NCBI GenBank assembly: GCA_902577285.1
Contig: CACGYL010000003.1
Coordinates: 7,979 to 71,978 of the forward strand
Reading direction: 5' to 3'
Origin: an uncultured Pelagibacteraceae bacterium
Lineage (GTDB): Bacteria > Pseudomonadota > Alphaproteobacteria > Pelagibacterales > Pelagibacteraceae
Length of the DNA: 64,000 nucleotides
Shown here: positions 22,054 to 31,393 of the stretch, in pieces
Layout: each line of letters begins with the position of its first letter
Numbering within the stretch: the first letter of the stretch is position 1
Notes under the pieces: model-generated
Databases searched by the model: none
Seen by the model: the letters and a program-made list of their open reading frames with translations, nothing else
Told to the model about the DNA's origin: nothing
Position numbers and translations under genes: made by a program

Positions 22054-23771
22054 TGAAAAAATTTAATAAGAAAAAATTACCAAGTAGACATACAACAATA
22101 GGTGCTGATAAAGCCCCTCAAAGATCTTTTTATTATGCAATGGATCTTACAGAAAAAGATGTAGCAAAACCATTTGTTGGTGTTGTTTCAACATGGAATG
22201 AAGCAGCTCCCTGTAACATAAATTTAATGAAACAAGCTCAATCAGTTAAAAAAGGAGTTAAAGCATCTGGTGGAACTCCAAGAGAGTTTTGTACTATTAC
22301 AGTAACTGATGGTATTGCGATGGGTCATGAAGGAATGAAGTCATCATTAATATCAAGAGATGTGATAGCAGACTCAACTGAACTAACGGTTAGAGGACAT
22401 TGTTATGATGCATTAGTTGGATTAGCGGGCTGTGATAAATCATTACCTGGTTTAATGATGTCGATGGTACGTTTAAATATTCCAAGTGTATTTATATATG
22501 GTGGATCAATTCTTCCTGGGAGATTTAATGGAAAAGATGTAACTGTTGTAGATGTATTTGAAGGAGTTGGAAAATATACATCAAAAAAAATGACTGCACA
22601 TGCATTAAGAAAATTAGAATTGAAAGCATGTCCAAGTGCAGGTGCTTGTGGTGGACAATTTACTGCAAACACAATGGCATGTGTTTCTGAAGCAATAGGA
22701 TTAGCTTTACCTTTCTCAGCAGGAACACCAGCGCCATATTTAGAAAGAAATAAATATGCAATAGACAGCGGTAAAGCTGTAATGAATTTATTAGCAAAAA
22801 ATATTAGACCTAGAGACATAGTAACAAGAAAAGCTCTCGAAAATGCAGCAACAATTGTTGCAGCAACAGGTGGATCAACAAACGCAGGTTTACACTTACC
22901 AGCAATCGCAAATGAAATTGGAATTAAATTTGATTTAATGGATGTTGCAAAAATATTTAAGAAAACTCCTTATCTTGCAGATTTAAAACCTGGTGGAAAA
23001 TATGTTGCAAAAGATATGTGGGAAGCAGGAGGAGTTCCAATGTTATTAAAGACATTAATGGATGGTGGTTACATTCATGGTGATTGTATGACGGTTACAG
23101 GCAAAACCATGAGAGAAAATTTAAAAAATGTAAAATTTAGAGAAAATCAAAAAGTAATGAGATCTTATAAAAATCCTATTTCTCCAACAGGGGGTGTTGT
23201 TGGATTAAAAGGTAATTTAGCTCCAGAAGGTGGAATTGTAAAAATAGCTGGTTTAAAAAAATTACAATTTACAGGAAGAGCTAGATGTTTTGATAATGAA
23301 GAGTCTGCGTATAAAGCAGTAATAAACAGAAAATACAAAGATGGAGACATCATTATAATTAGATATGAGGGACCTATAGGAGGTCCTGGAATGAGAGAAA
23401 TGCTTCAAACAACTGCAGCAATCTACGGTCAAGGAAAAGGGGAGAAAGTAGCCCTTATTACAGATGGTAGGTTCTCTGGGGCTACCAGAGGCTTTTGTAT
23501 TGGTCATGTGGGCCCTGAGGCCTCCGTAGGCGGTCCTATAGCCCTTCTGAGGAATGGGGATATCATCGATATAGATGCTAAAAAGGGCACAATTAACGTA
23601 AGGCTTACAAAGAAGGAATTAAGTGCAAGACGTAAAAAATGGAAACCAAGAAAGATGAATTTTGGTAATGGAACATTATGGAAATATGCACAAACTGTAG
23701 GACCAGCTTATAAAGGTGCACCAACGCATCCAGGTGGTAAAAACGAGGTTAGAACGTACGCTGATATTTAA
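22053..23771 (+). CDS. ilvD: Dihydroxy-acid dehydratase
   Basis: [39 protein letters not shown]. Confidence 0.95.
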   Translation: MKKFNKKKLPSRHTTIGADKAPQRSFYYAMDLTEKDVAKPFVGVVSTWNEAAPCNINLMKQAQSVKKGVKASGGTPREFCTITVTDGIAMGHEGMKSSLISRDVIADSTELTVRGHCYDALVGLAGCDKSLPGLMMSMVRLNIPSVFIYGGSILPGRFNGKDVTVVDVFEGVGKYTSKKMTAHALRKLELKACPSAGACGGQFTANTMACVSEAIGLALPFSAGTPAPYLERNKYAIDSGKAVMNLLAKNIRPRDIVTRKALENAATIVAATGGSTNAGLHLPAIANEIGIKFDLMDVAKIFKKTPYLADLKPGGKYVAKDMWEAGGVPMLLKTLMDGGYIHGDCMTVTGKTMRENLKNVKFRENQKVMRSYKNPISPTGGVVGLKGNLAPEGGIVKIAGLKKLQFTGRARCFDNEESAYKAVINRKYKDGDIIIIRYEGPIGGPGMREMLQTTAAIYGQGKGEKVALITDGRFSGATRGFCIGHVGPEASVGGPIALLRNGDIIDIDAKKGTINVRLTKKELSARRKKWKPRKMNFGNGTLWKYAQTVGPAYKGAPTHPGGKNEVRTYADI

Positions 23772-24979
23772 TGAAAATTAGACCTGTAATACTTTGTGGT
23801 GGCGCAGGAACAAGACTTTGGCCAGATAAAAAAAAACATCAAGCAAAACAATTTATTGATTTTGGTGGATGGAGTTTAATTCAAAAAACTTTAGAGAGAA
23901 TAAATAAACCAATTTTTGATTTTCCTATAATCAGCACAAATTTAAAATACTTAAAACAAGTAAAGCAAGCTTTAAAAAAGAGTAAAATTAAAAAGTTTAA
24001 AATAGTTTTAGAACCAGCAAAAAAAAATACTGCACCAGCAATACTAGCTTCTGCTTTGATAAAAGATATTCCATTAGAGCAACCATTAATGTTTTTTGCA
24101 GCAGATCATTTAATTGAAAGGTCTAATATTTTAAATAAATCTCTTTTAATAAATAAATCAAATTTAAATAATCAAAATTTATTTATTTTTGGAATAAAAC
24201 CTACAAATCCATCAAGTGAGTATGGATATTTTTTAACTAAAAAAATTAAATCTATAAATAAAGTTACAAAATTTATTGAAAAGCCAAAATTATCAAAAGC
24301 AAAGGAAGTAATTAAGAAAAAAGGTTATTGGAATTCTGGCATGTTTTATTTAAGAAAAGATTCAATTATTAATAACTTTAAAAAATATCAAAATAAAACT
24401 TACAAAAGTTGTGTTGAGGCAATTAAAAAAGGCAAATATAAAAATAATACCTACTACTTAAATAAAAGAGCTTTTGAAAAATCAATCGAGAAATCTTTTG
24501 ATTATGCAATACTTGAGAAAACAAATAAAATTAATGCTATTAAACTAGATATACCTTGGTCTGATCTTGGTAGTTGGAAAGAGATACTCAAGATATATGA
24601 TAAAAATAAAAGAAAACACTTTAAGAAAAAGAATATTTTTTATAGACCATGGGGGAGTTATTTAAATTTATTCGAAGGAAAAGAGTTTTTAATTAAAGAA
24701 TTATCAGTTAAACCTAAAGGTATATTAAGTCTTCAAAAACATCATCACAGAGCAGAACATTGGTTAGTTACAAAAGGTAATCCAAGAATAACTTTAAATA
24801 AAAATATTATTAATAAAAAACCTGATGAGCATATATTTATTCCATTAGGAGCAATTCATAGAATACAAAATCCTGGAAAAAAACCTGTAAAAATTATGGA
24901 AGCTCAAGTTGGTTCAATTCTAAAAGAGACTGATATTGTTAGATATCAAGACATTTATGGTAGAGCAAATAAACTTTAA
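23771..24979 (+). CDS. manC: Mannose-1-phosphate guanylyltransferase / type II PMI (cupin) bifunctional protein
   Basis: LCGGAGTRLWP, KNTAPA, WSDLGSW, RPWG, SLQKHHHRAEHW. Confidence 0.92.
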   Translation: MKIRPVILCGGAGTRLWPDKKKHQAKQFIDFGGWSLIQKTLERINKPIFDFPIISTNLKYLKQVKQALKKSKIKKFKIVLEPAKKNTAPAILASALIKDIPLEQPLMFFAADHLIERSNILNKSLLINKSNLNNQNLFIFGIKPTNPSSEYGYFLTKKIKSINKVTKFIEKPKLSKAKEVIKKKGYWNSGMFYLRKDSIINNFKKYQNKTYKSCVEAIKKGKYKNNTYYLNKRAFEKSIEKSFDYAILEKTNKINAIKLDIPWSDLGSWKEILKIYDKNKRKHFKKKNIFYRPWGSYLNLFEGKEFLIKELSVKPKGILSLQKHHHRAEHWLVTKGNPRITLNKNIINKKPDEHIFIPLGAIHRIQNPGKKPVKIMEAQVGSILKETDIVRYQDIYGRANKL

Positions 24980-25029
24980 TTAAATTGTAATAATCTATAA
25001 ATATTTTTGTCATAAACATTAATTATAAA
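24974..25029 (+). promoter_or_regulatory. Orphan Pho-box-like array plus -10 element
   Basis: Heptamers at exact 11-bp period: CTTTAAT 24974, TTGTAAT 24985, TATAAAT 24996, TTGTCAT 25007; then 10 nt and TATAAA at 25024. Confidence 0.55.
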
Positions 25030-25099
25030 ATTCTAATAAAATTTTAAATTATAAAACATCTTTATTTCCCCTTAATTTTAAAATTTTGTTGATTAACTA

Positions 25100-25132
25100 C
25101 TTTCCCCTTTTTTAATTACAAAAAGGGGAAAG
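25100..25132. terminator. Strong inverted repeat between convergent manC and the Lys-rich gene (terminator or sRNA 3' stem)
   Basis: CTTTCCCCTTTTT-taattac-AAAAAGGGGAAAG; no classical U-tail on either strand. Confidence 0.65.
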
Positions 25133-25144
25133 AAGATTTAGAAA

Positions 25145-25354
25145 TTAATTATTTACAGATGCGGAACTCCCGATAGTCTTCTTTTTAGCTAGTTTTTTTG
25201 TTTTTTTTTCAGCAACTCTTTTTTCAATACTTGCAATTTTAATATTAATTTTAGATAATTTTTTTTCTTTTAAATTGATCTTATTTTTAAGTTTTTCTAT
25301 TAACTTGATAACCTTTTTTTTTCTTTTTTCATTTTTCTTTAACTTTTTACTCAT
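25145..25354 (-). CDS. Small, extremely Lys-rich coiled-coil protein of unknown function
   Basis: 69-aa ORF with 25 Lys + 2 Arg; strong AGGAGG Shine-Dalgarno just upstream of ATG. Confidence 0.7.
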   Translation of the reverse strand: MSKKLKKNEKRKKKVIKLIEKLKNKINLKEKKLSKINIKIASIEKRVAEKKTKKLAKKKTIGSSASVNN

Positions 25355-25442
25355 AATGACCTCCTGTGTAATTTTATAATAATTATATTTAAATTAAATA
25401 TCTTAGTAAAATGATTTTTTGATAAATTCTCTTATTTAAAAG

Positions 25443-26330
25443 TTATGCTGTTAATATGTTAAAATATTTTCCTGATTTCCTTAATTCTACGTTATCACAA
25501 TATTGATATTTATCACCATCAATTTGAATTGGAATTTTTTTCCCTTGTCCATCAATTTTTAGCTCACTGGAATAAGATGTTATAACACTCGTAGACTTCG
25601 ATAAATCTCCAAAAAAAATAATCAAATAAATATAATAAAGTATTTTTATTCTTGTAAGGTCTTTGAATACATAAGTAATAATTTTGTTATCAAATATATT
25701 TGTTTTATTAATTTTGTAGTGACCCGCATAATAATTGGTATTAGAACATAACACCCAGTCAGCTATATGATTTTGACCATCTATGTTAACTTTTAATTTT
25801 TGATTTTTCATTAACAAAAATTTTTGCAATCCTTTATATCCAAAAATAATTTTACCTAACAGTTTTTTTAGAGAACTATTAATTGAATGGACTATCGTTG
25901 CATCCCAACCTATACCTGCCATTAAAATAAAATAATCATTATTGATTTTTACTAAATTAGTTTGTTTTAAATTGTTTGATTGTAAAATTTGAACAATTTT
26001 ACTTATTTTTTTACTCATATTTAGTTCAGCTTGAAGTAAATTAGCAGTTCCAGCTGGTATATAACCAATAGCAAAATCTTTTTTTGGAACAAAATTATTT
26101 TTAATAAGTTTGTTTATTGCAAATGATACTGAACCATCGCCTCCAGCAACTACAAGTCTATCTATATTTAACTTAGAAATATTTTTAAATATTGCCTCTG
26201 CTTTATCCACGCTCTCAGTTTCAAAAAAAGAAACATCGTTATACTTAGAAAGTTCATCAGAAATTTTTTTTATAAATTTAGATTTTCTGCCAGAGGAAGC
26301 GTTTTTGTTGTAAATAATGCAATATTTCAT
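25443..26330 (-). CDS. Diacylglycerol/lipid kinase family (YegS/DgkB-like)
   Basis: YNKNASSG, AGGDGS, YIPAGTANL, QIDGD; start moved to ATG 26330. Confidence 0.9.
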   Translation of the reverse strand: MKYCIIYNKNASSGRKSKFIKKISDELSKYNDVSFFETESVDKAEAIFKNISKLNIDRLVVAGGDGSVSFAINKLIKNNFVPKKDFAIGYIPAGTANLLQAELNMSKKISKIVQILQSNNLKQTNLVKINNDYFILMAGIGWDATIVHSINSSLKKLLGKIIFGYKGLQKFLLMKNQKLKVNIDGQNHIADWVLCSNTNYYAGHYKINKTNIFDNKIITYVFKDLTRIKILYYIYLIIFFGDLSKSTSVITSYSSELKIDGQGKKIPIQIDGDKYQYCDNVELRKSGKYFNILTA

Positions 26331-26416
26331 AATAAATTTTAATATTTCCTTAACATTACTATGGCACAAAGAATTAAACGATTCTAGTGCAAATTGAATT
26401 AAAAAAAAAGGATTAA

Positions 26417-27235
26417 ATGAAACCTATGTTAAAATACAAAAGTATATTCATTTCAGATGTGCATCTTGGTACTAAAGGTTGCCAAGCAAATAAATTGCTT
26501 GAATTTTTTAAAAATACAAGATCAGAAAAACTTTATTGTGTAGGTGATATAATAGATGTTTGGGCACTTCAAAAAAATTTTTATTGGCCACAAGAACATA
26601 ATGACGTAATTCAAAAAATATTAAGAAAAGCAAGACATGGAACAGAAGTTTACTACGTTATAGGTAATCATGATGAAGTGTTTCGAAAATTTATTCCTAT
26701 GCATTTTGGACATATAAAAATGATCAATAGAGTAATTCATCAGTCTGTTTTAAATAAAAAATATTTAGTTGTTCATGGCGATGCTTGGGATGGTGTTATG
26801 AGATATGCCAAATGGTTGTCTAAGTTAGGCGCAATAGCCTATGAAATGCTATTGAAATTAAATGTAGTGATTAACTTTTTTAGACGTCTAAGAGGTAAAG
26901 GCCAGTGGTCTTTAGCAAAGTTTCTTAAATATAAGGTAAAAAATGCAGTTAAATATATGGGAGAATACGAAAAAACAATCGCAGAATATGGAAAGAAAAA
27001 AAAATTTGATGGAATAATCTGTGGGCATATTCATCACGCCCAAAATGAAAATTATGATGGTGTTAATTATTTAAATTGTGGAGACTGGGTTGAGTCTTGT
27101 ACTGCTTTAGTTGAAAATTTTGATGGAACGTTTGAAATAATTTATTGGGATAAATTAAGAGAAGAATTTTTAGATAGTCGTAATAATTCAGATAAAGAAG
27201 TAATTGAAACTCCAGGTCTGAAAAAGGCATCATAA
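26417..27235 (+). CDS. plcP: Metallophosphoesterase, PlcP-type phospholipase C (LpxH2-like) of P-limitation lipid remodelling
   Basis: ISDVHLG, VGDIID, IGNHDE, VHGD, CGHIH, LNCGDWVESCTA; flanked by DAG kinase and GT4 genes. Confidence 0.85.
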   Translation: MKPMLKYKSIFISDVHLGTKGCQANKLLEFFKNTRSEKLYCVGDIIDVWALQKNFYWPQEHNDVIQKILRKARHGTEVYYVIGNHDEVFRKFIPMHFGHIKMINRVIHQSVLNKKYLVVHGDAWDGVMRYAKWLSKLGAIAYEMLLKLNVVINFFRRLRGKGQWSLAKFLKYKVKNAVKYMGEYEKTIAEYGKKKKFDGIICGHIHHAQNENYDGVNYLNCGDWVESCTALVENFDGTFEIIYWDKLREEFLDSRNNSDKEVIETPGLKKAS

Positions 27236-28239
27236 TGAAAATATTAATTGTAACAGACGCTTATTTTCCACAAGTAAATGGTGTGGTAAGAACTTTAAAT
27301 GAAACAGGAAAAAAACTTGAAGCAATGGGTCACGAAGTTGAGTATTTAAATCCCCAACTTTTCTTCACTGTGCCTATGCCTAAATATAATGAAATAAGAC
27401 TTTCTGTGAATATTTGGCCAAGAGTAAGCCATTTAATAAAAAAAATAAATCCTTCAGCCATACATATAGCTACCGAAGGTCCTTTAGGATTTATGGCAAG
27501 AAGATATTGTCTTAAAAATAATCTAAAGTTTACCACAAGTTTTCACACAAGATTTGATAAATATATGAAATTATATTTACCTTGGGTTCCTGAAAAATTA
27601 TCACAGAAATTCCTAAGCAACTTTCATAACAAAGCAGAAAAAATTTTGGTTACAACCGAATCTATGAAAAAAGAACTAATTCAAATTGGAGTAGATGAAA
27701 GTAAAATGGTTGTTTGGACAAGAGGTGCTGATCATGGATCGTTTAAAAATCCAAAAAAAATCAATTTAGAATATAAAAGGCCTATATGGATATATGTAGG
27801 TCGAGTAGCTATTGAAAAAAATATTCGTGCTTTTTTAAATCTAAAATTAGAAGGAACAAAACTTCTTGTTGGTAAAGGACCAGATATTGAAAAGTTAAAA
27901 AAAGAATTTCCAGATGCTCACTTCTTAGGTGAAAAAACTAACGGTGAATTAGCTTCATATTTTACATCATCTGATGTTTTTGTCTTCCCAAGCAAAACAG
28001 ATACGTTTGCAATTGTAATATGTGAATCCCTCAGTTGTGGTACACCGGTTGCAGCATTTCCTGTTCCTGGTCCTAAAGATATTTTCAAAGATAGTGAAAT
28101 TAATTGTTTAGATGAGGATTTAGAAAAATCTGCAATGAAAGCTCTAAAAGTTGAAAGAGAAAAGTGCCTAGAATACTCTAAAAACTTTACTTGGGATAAA
28201 ACCGCAGAAATTTTTATTAATAATATCTCCCCTAATTAA
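27235..28239 (+). CDS. agt: GT4 glycosyltransferase, Agt-like glycosyl/glucuronosyl-diacylglycerol synthase
   Basis: TDAYFPQVNGVVRT, HIATEGPLG, FHTRF, YVGRVAIEKN, VFPSKTDTF; coupled to plcP. Confidence 0.8.
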   Translation: MKILIVTDAYFPQVNGVVRTLNETGKKLEAMGHEVEYLNPQLFFTVPMPKYNEIRLSVNIWPRVSHLIKKINPSAIHIATEGPLGFMARRYCLKNNLKFTTSFHTRFDKYMKLYLPWVPEKLSQKFLSNFHNKAEKILVTTESMKKELIQIGVDESKMVVWTRGADHGSFKNPKKINLEYKRPIWIYVGRVAIEKNIRAFLNLKLEGTKLLVGKGPDIEKLKKEFPDAHFLGEKTNGELASYFTSSDVFVFPSKTDTFAIVICESLSCGTPVAAFPVPGPKDIFKDSEINCLDEDLEKSAMKALKVEREKCLEYSKNFTWDKTAEIFINNISPN

Positions 28240-28310
28240 ATAACTAAAATTTAAATAATTGCATATTAAATTTTTAATATGTTAATTATATACTTAACTT
28301 TTAGAACATC

Positions 28311-29465
28311 ATGATTGGCCTCTTTGAAATACTATTAATCTGTGTAATTATATTTCTACTAATAATAATTTATTCAAACAGAAACAAAAAAAATACTAAT
28401 GATAAAATTATTATCTCAAAGTATGAAAAGGATGATAGCAAAACATTTATATTAGATGAATTAGAGGATCAATTTATAGCATTAGATAAATTAAATATTA
28501 TAAAATATGTCAATCCAAGTGCTGAAAAAAGATTTGGTAAAAATATTTTAAATACACATCTCGGCACAATTTTAAGGCATCCTAATCTAGATGAAAAAAT
28601 CAGAGAAGTTAAGTTTTCAAAAAAAACTAGTAATTTAGATTTAGAAATAAATTTGCCTTCATATCAGTATTACAGAATTTATGTGATTCCTGGACCAACT
28701 GTAATTTTTACAGAAAAAGACTCTGTTGTTTTATTTTTAAAAGATCTTACTGAAATTTCAAAAGCACAAAAATTTAGAACTGACTTTGTTGCTAATGTTA
28801 GCCATGAATTAAAAACTCCTCTTGTTTCAATTAAAGGCGCTATAGAGACAATAGAGGGTCCTGCTAAAGATGACGAAATAGCAAAGATAAACTTTCTTAA
28901 AATAATCTCTTCACAAAGCAAAAGAATGGAAAATTTAATAAGTGATCTATTAATATTAAGCAGAATTGAACTCCAGGAGCATATAAGACCTGACAAACCA
29001 GTTAGTTTGAAGAATATATTAACAAAAGTAAAAGATATTCATTTTACTAGCTTAAAAGAAAAAAATATTAATCTTGAAATGAATTTAGATAATGTAAGTG
29101 ATGTTATTGGTGATGAAGATAAATTAATAACAGTTTTTTCTAATTTATTAGACAATGCTATTAAATACTCAAAAGAAAAATCAACTATAAATATATTAAC
29201 TTCTCCAAGCAAAGGGAAACTCATAACAAAAGGAATTAAAATATCTGTATCTGATCAAGGTATTGGAATTCCTGAGGATCAAATTAACAGGGTAACTGAA
29301 AGATTTTATAGAGTAGATGTTGAAGAGAGCAGGAAAGTTGGTGGAACAGGTTTAGGTCTTGCAATTGTCAAACATATAATTTCTCAACATAGAGGTGATT
29401 ACGAAATAAAAAATCTTAATGGTAAAGGAACCGAAATTAACATTCATTTACCCAGTGAATTATAA
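28311..29465 (+). CDS. phoR: Phosphate regulon sensor kinase
   Basis: TM, PAS-like region, DFVANVSHELKTPL, ERFYRVD, GGTGLGLAIVKH; in pst/pho cluster. Confidence 0.92.
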   Translation: MIGLFEILLICVIIFLLIIIYSNRNKKNTNDKIIISKYEKDDSKTFILDELEDQFIALDKLNIIKYVNPSAEKRFGKNILNTHLGTILRHPNLDEKIREVKFSKKTSNLDLEINLPSYQYYRIYVIPGPTVIFTEKDSVVLFLKDLTEISKAQKFRTDFVANVSHELKTPLVSIKGAIETIEGPAKDDEIAKINFLKIISSQSKRMENLISDLLILSRIELQEHIRPDKPVSLKNILTKVKDIHFTSLKEKNINLEMNLDNVSDVIGDEDKLITVFSNLLDNAIKYSKEKSTINILTSPSKGKLITKGIKISVSDQGIGIPEDQINRVTERFYRVDVEESRKVGGTGLGLAIVKHIISQHRGDYEIKNLNGKGTEINIHLPSEL

Positions 29466-29539
29466 ACTTCATATAATTTAACAATTTTCACAATATAATT
29501 TAATTTGTAAATAACGGATTTTTTAAATAAAGTTGTTAA

Positions 29540-30172
29540 ATGAAAAAAATAATAATAAATTTTTTTATTTTTTCTTACTTATTTTTTAATTTTATATCAA
29601 ATTCTTACTCTGAAGACTCTAATAAAAAAGACATTACAACACTTTTAAGAAACCAACAACTTACTGTATTTGATATTGGTATTTTTAGAATGAAAAATGA
29701 CTTAGAAAATACGAAAAGCACTGTCAATAAACATTTTCCATCTGACAAAGTAAATGTTGATCATATCTATACTGAGGTTTTAACTTCATTCTGGAGAGAT
29801 ACAATTGATTTGATTGTATCAATCCCAATGAACAAAAACTTAAAAAAAGAAAATTATATGTCTGACATGCATAGATGTAAAAATATTTTCTTTTCTGTAA
29901 GAGATCATTTGTTAAGAAAACAAAATGAGAGTAATTATAATTTTAATAGGGCCTCAAGTTATATAATTACTACTTTTTCTACCCCCACAAGTTGGCCTTC
30001 ATGGAAATATGATCAAAATCAAGTAAAAGACCTTATATCAATGATACAACTAGAAGTTACTTTAAGACCAACAAAGAGCTTAGCACTAAGTGAAAATGTC
30101 AGCCCAATTCGTTGTCGAGGAGATTTAGCTGCAGATAATGATACCTTAATCATTTCTAAAAAATACAACTAA
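29540..30172 (+). CDS. Hypothetical exported protein
   Basis: 210-aa ORF with signal-peptide-like N-terminus and two Cys; no recognised motif. Confidence 0.7.
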   Translation: MKKIIINFFIFSYLFFNFISNSYSEDSNKKDITTLLRNQQLTVFDIGIFRMKNDLENTKSTVNKHFPSDKVNVDHIYTEVLTSFWRDTIDLIVSIPMNKNLKKENYMSDMHRCKNIFFSVRDHLLRKQNESNYNFNRASSYIITTFSTPTSWPSWKYDQNQVKDLISMIQLEVTLRPTKSLALSENVSPIRCRGDLAADNDTLIISKKYN

Positions 30173-30182
30173 AAAGTTACCT

Positions 30183-30211
30183 ATTTAACAAAACTGTAAC
30201 AAATTTGTAAT
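30183..30211 (+). promoter_or_regulatory. Pho box upstream of pstS
   Basis: ATTTAAC-aaaa-CTGTAAC-aaat-TTGTAAT, 11-bp period, resembling the CTGTCAT consensus. Confidence 0.8.
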
Positions 30212-30279
30212 ACTAGAGTCCTCAATAAAATTTATTAAGCGAGTCGTTAATTAACTTTAATTCACGAAAGGATATTAAA

Positions 30280-31314
30280 ATGAAAAAACTAACTATAGTT
30301 CTTGCTTCAATAGTTGCCATTTCTGTTGCCACTATTGCTCAAGCAAGAGATCAAATCAAAATAGTTGGATCATCTACTGTATTCCCTTACGCAACAATAG
30401 TTGCTGAAAGATTCGGGCAAACTGGATTTAAAACACCAGTAATCGAGTCAACTGGTACAGGTGGTGGTGCAAAATTATTTTGTGCTGGTGTAGGAGAAGC
30501 TCACCCTGATATAACAAATGCATCAAGAGCAATGAAAGATAAAGAAAAAGCTCTTTGCAAAAAAAATGGTGTTAATGAAATAGTTGAAGTTATTATAGGT
30601 AACGATGGTATTACTTTAGCATACAGTGTTGATGCTGAACCAGTAAACTTCACTAAAGAACAACTTTGGAAAGCTTTAGCAAAACACTCAGTTGTTGATG
30701 GTAAATTAGTAGACAACATATACAAAACATGGGATCAAATAGACCCAAGTTTACCAAAACAAAAGATTTCAGTTATGATTCCCCCAGGAACATCCGGAAC
30801 AAGAGATGCTTGGAATTCGTTAGTAATGAAAAAAGGTATGCCTAAAGAGGCTAAAGCATTATACAAAGCAGGTTTCGAAGCTGGAAATAAAAAATATAAA
30901 AAACCACAAAAACTTTACAGAGAAGATGGTGCTGCAATTGAAGTTGGAGAGAATGATAGTTTAATTATTCAAAAATTATCTGAAGACAAAGAAATGTTTG
31001 GTTTCTTTGGATTTAGTTACTTCTTAGCTGCTAGAGATAAATTGCAAGCTGCAAGTATAGAAGGTGGTCAACCATCACTAGAATCTATTCAAGACTATAG
31101 TTATGCTGTTGCTAGACCATTATTCTTTTACGTAAAAAAAGCTCATGTTGGTGTAATTCCAGGATTACATGAATTTGTAAAAGAATTCACTACAACTAAA
31201 GCTATTGGTAAAAGAGGTTACTTAGCGGAAATAGGACTTGTTCCACTTGATGCTGAAACTTACAGAACAGTTAGAGATAATTCGAAATCTCTTACTGCAA
31301 TGTCAATGGAGTAA
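30280..31314 (+). CDS. pstS: Phosphate ABC transporter substrate-binding protein
   Basis: IVGSSTVFP, ESTGTGGG, NASRAMK, SGTRD, ARPLFFY. Confidence 0.96.
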   Translation: MKKLTIVLASIVAISVATIAQARDQIKIVGSSTVFPYATIVAERFGQTGFKTPVIESTGTGGGAKLFCAGVGEAHPDITNASRAMKDKEKALCKKNGVNEIVEVIIGNDGITLAYSVDAEPVNFTKEQLWKALAKHSVVDGKLVDNIYKTWDQIDPSLPKQKISVMIPPGTSGTRDAWNSLVMKKGMPKEAKALYKAGFEAGNKKYKKPQKLYREDGAAIEVGENDSLIIQKLSEDKEMFGFFGFSYFLAARDKLQAASIEGGQPSLESIQDYSYAVARPLFFYVKKAHVGVIPGLHEFVKEFTTTKAIGKRGYLAEIGLVPLDAETYRTVRDNSKSLTAMSME

Positions 31315-31336
31315 TATAATATTTGTGAATAAACTC

Positions 31337-31369
31337 AAAAGGGGCCCTATTAAATGGGCCCTTTTTTTT
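31337..31369 (+). terminator. Hairpin/partial terminator between pstS and pstC
   Basis: AAAAGGGGCCC-tattaaat-GGGCCCTTTTTTTT. Confidence 0.85.
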
Positions 31370-31393
31370 GTATAAATCTAAAGGAGCCAATAA

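Noticed and set aside
23771-24979. manC as sugar-donor supplier for the island glycosyltransferase
   Set aside because: manC is translationally coupled to core valS-ilvD, and characterised Agt enzymes use UDP-glucose/UDP-glucuronate; adjacency alone is insufficient.
29466-29515. Pho-like heptamers upstream of the 210-aa hypothetical gene
   Set aside because: Spacing is irregular (10 and 9 bp rather than 11), so they are not distinguishable from AT-rich background.
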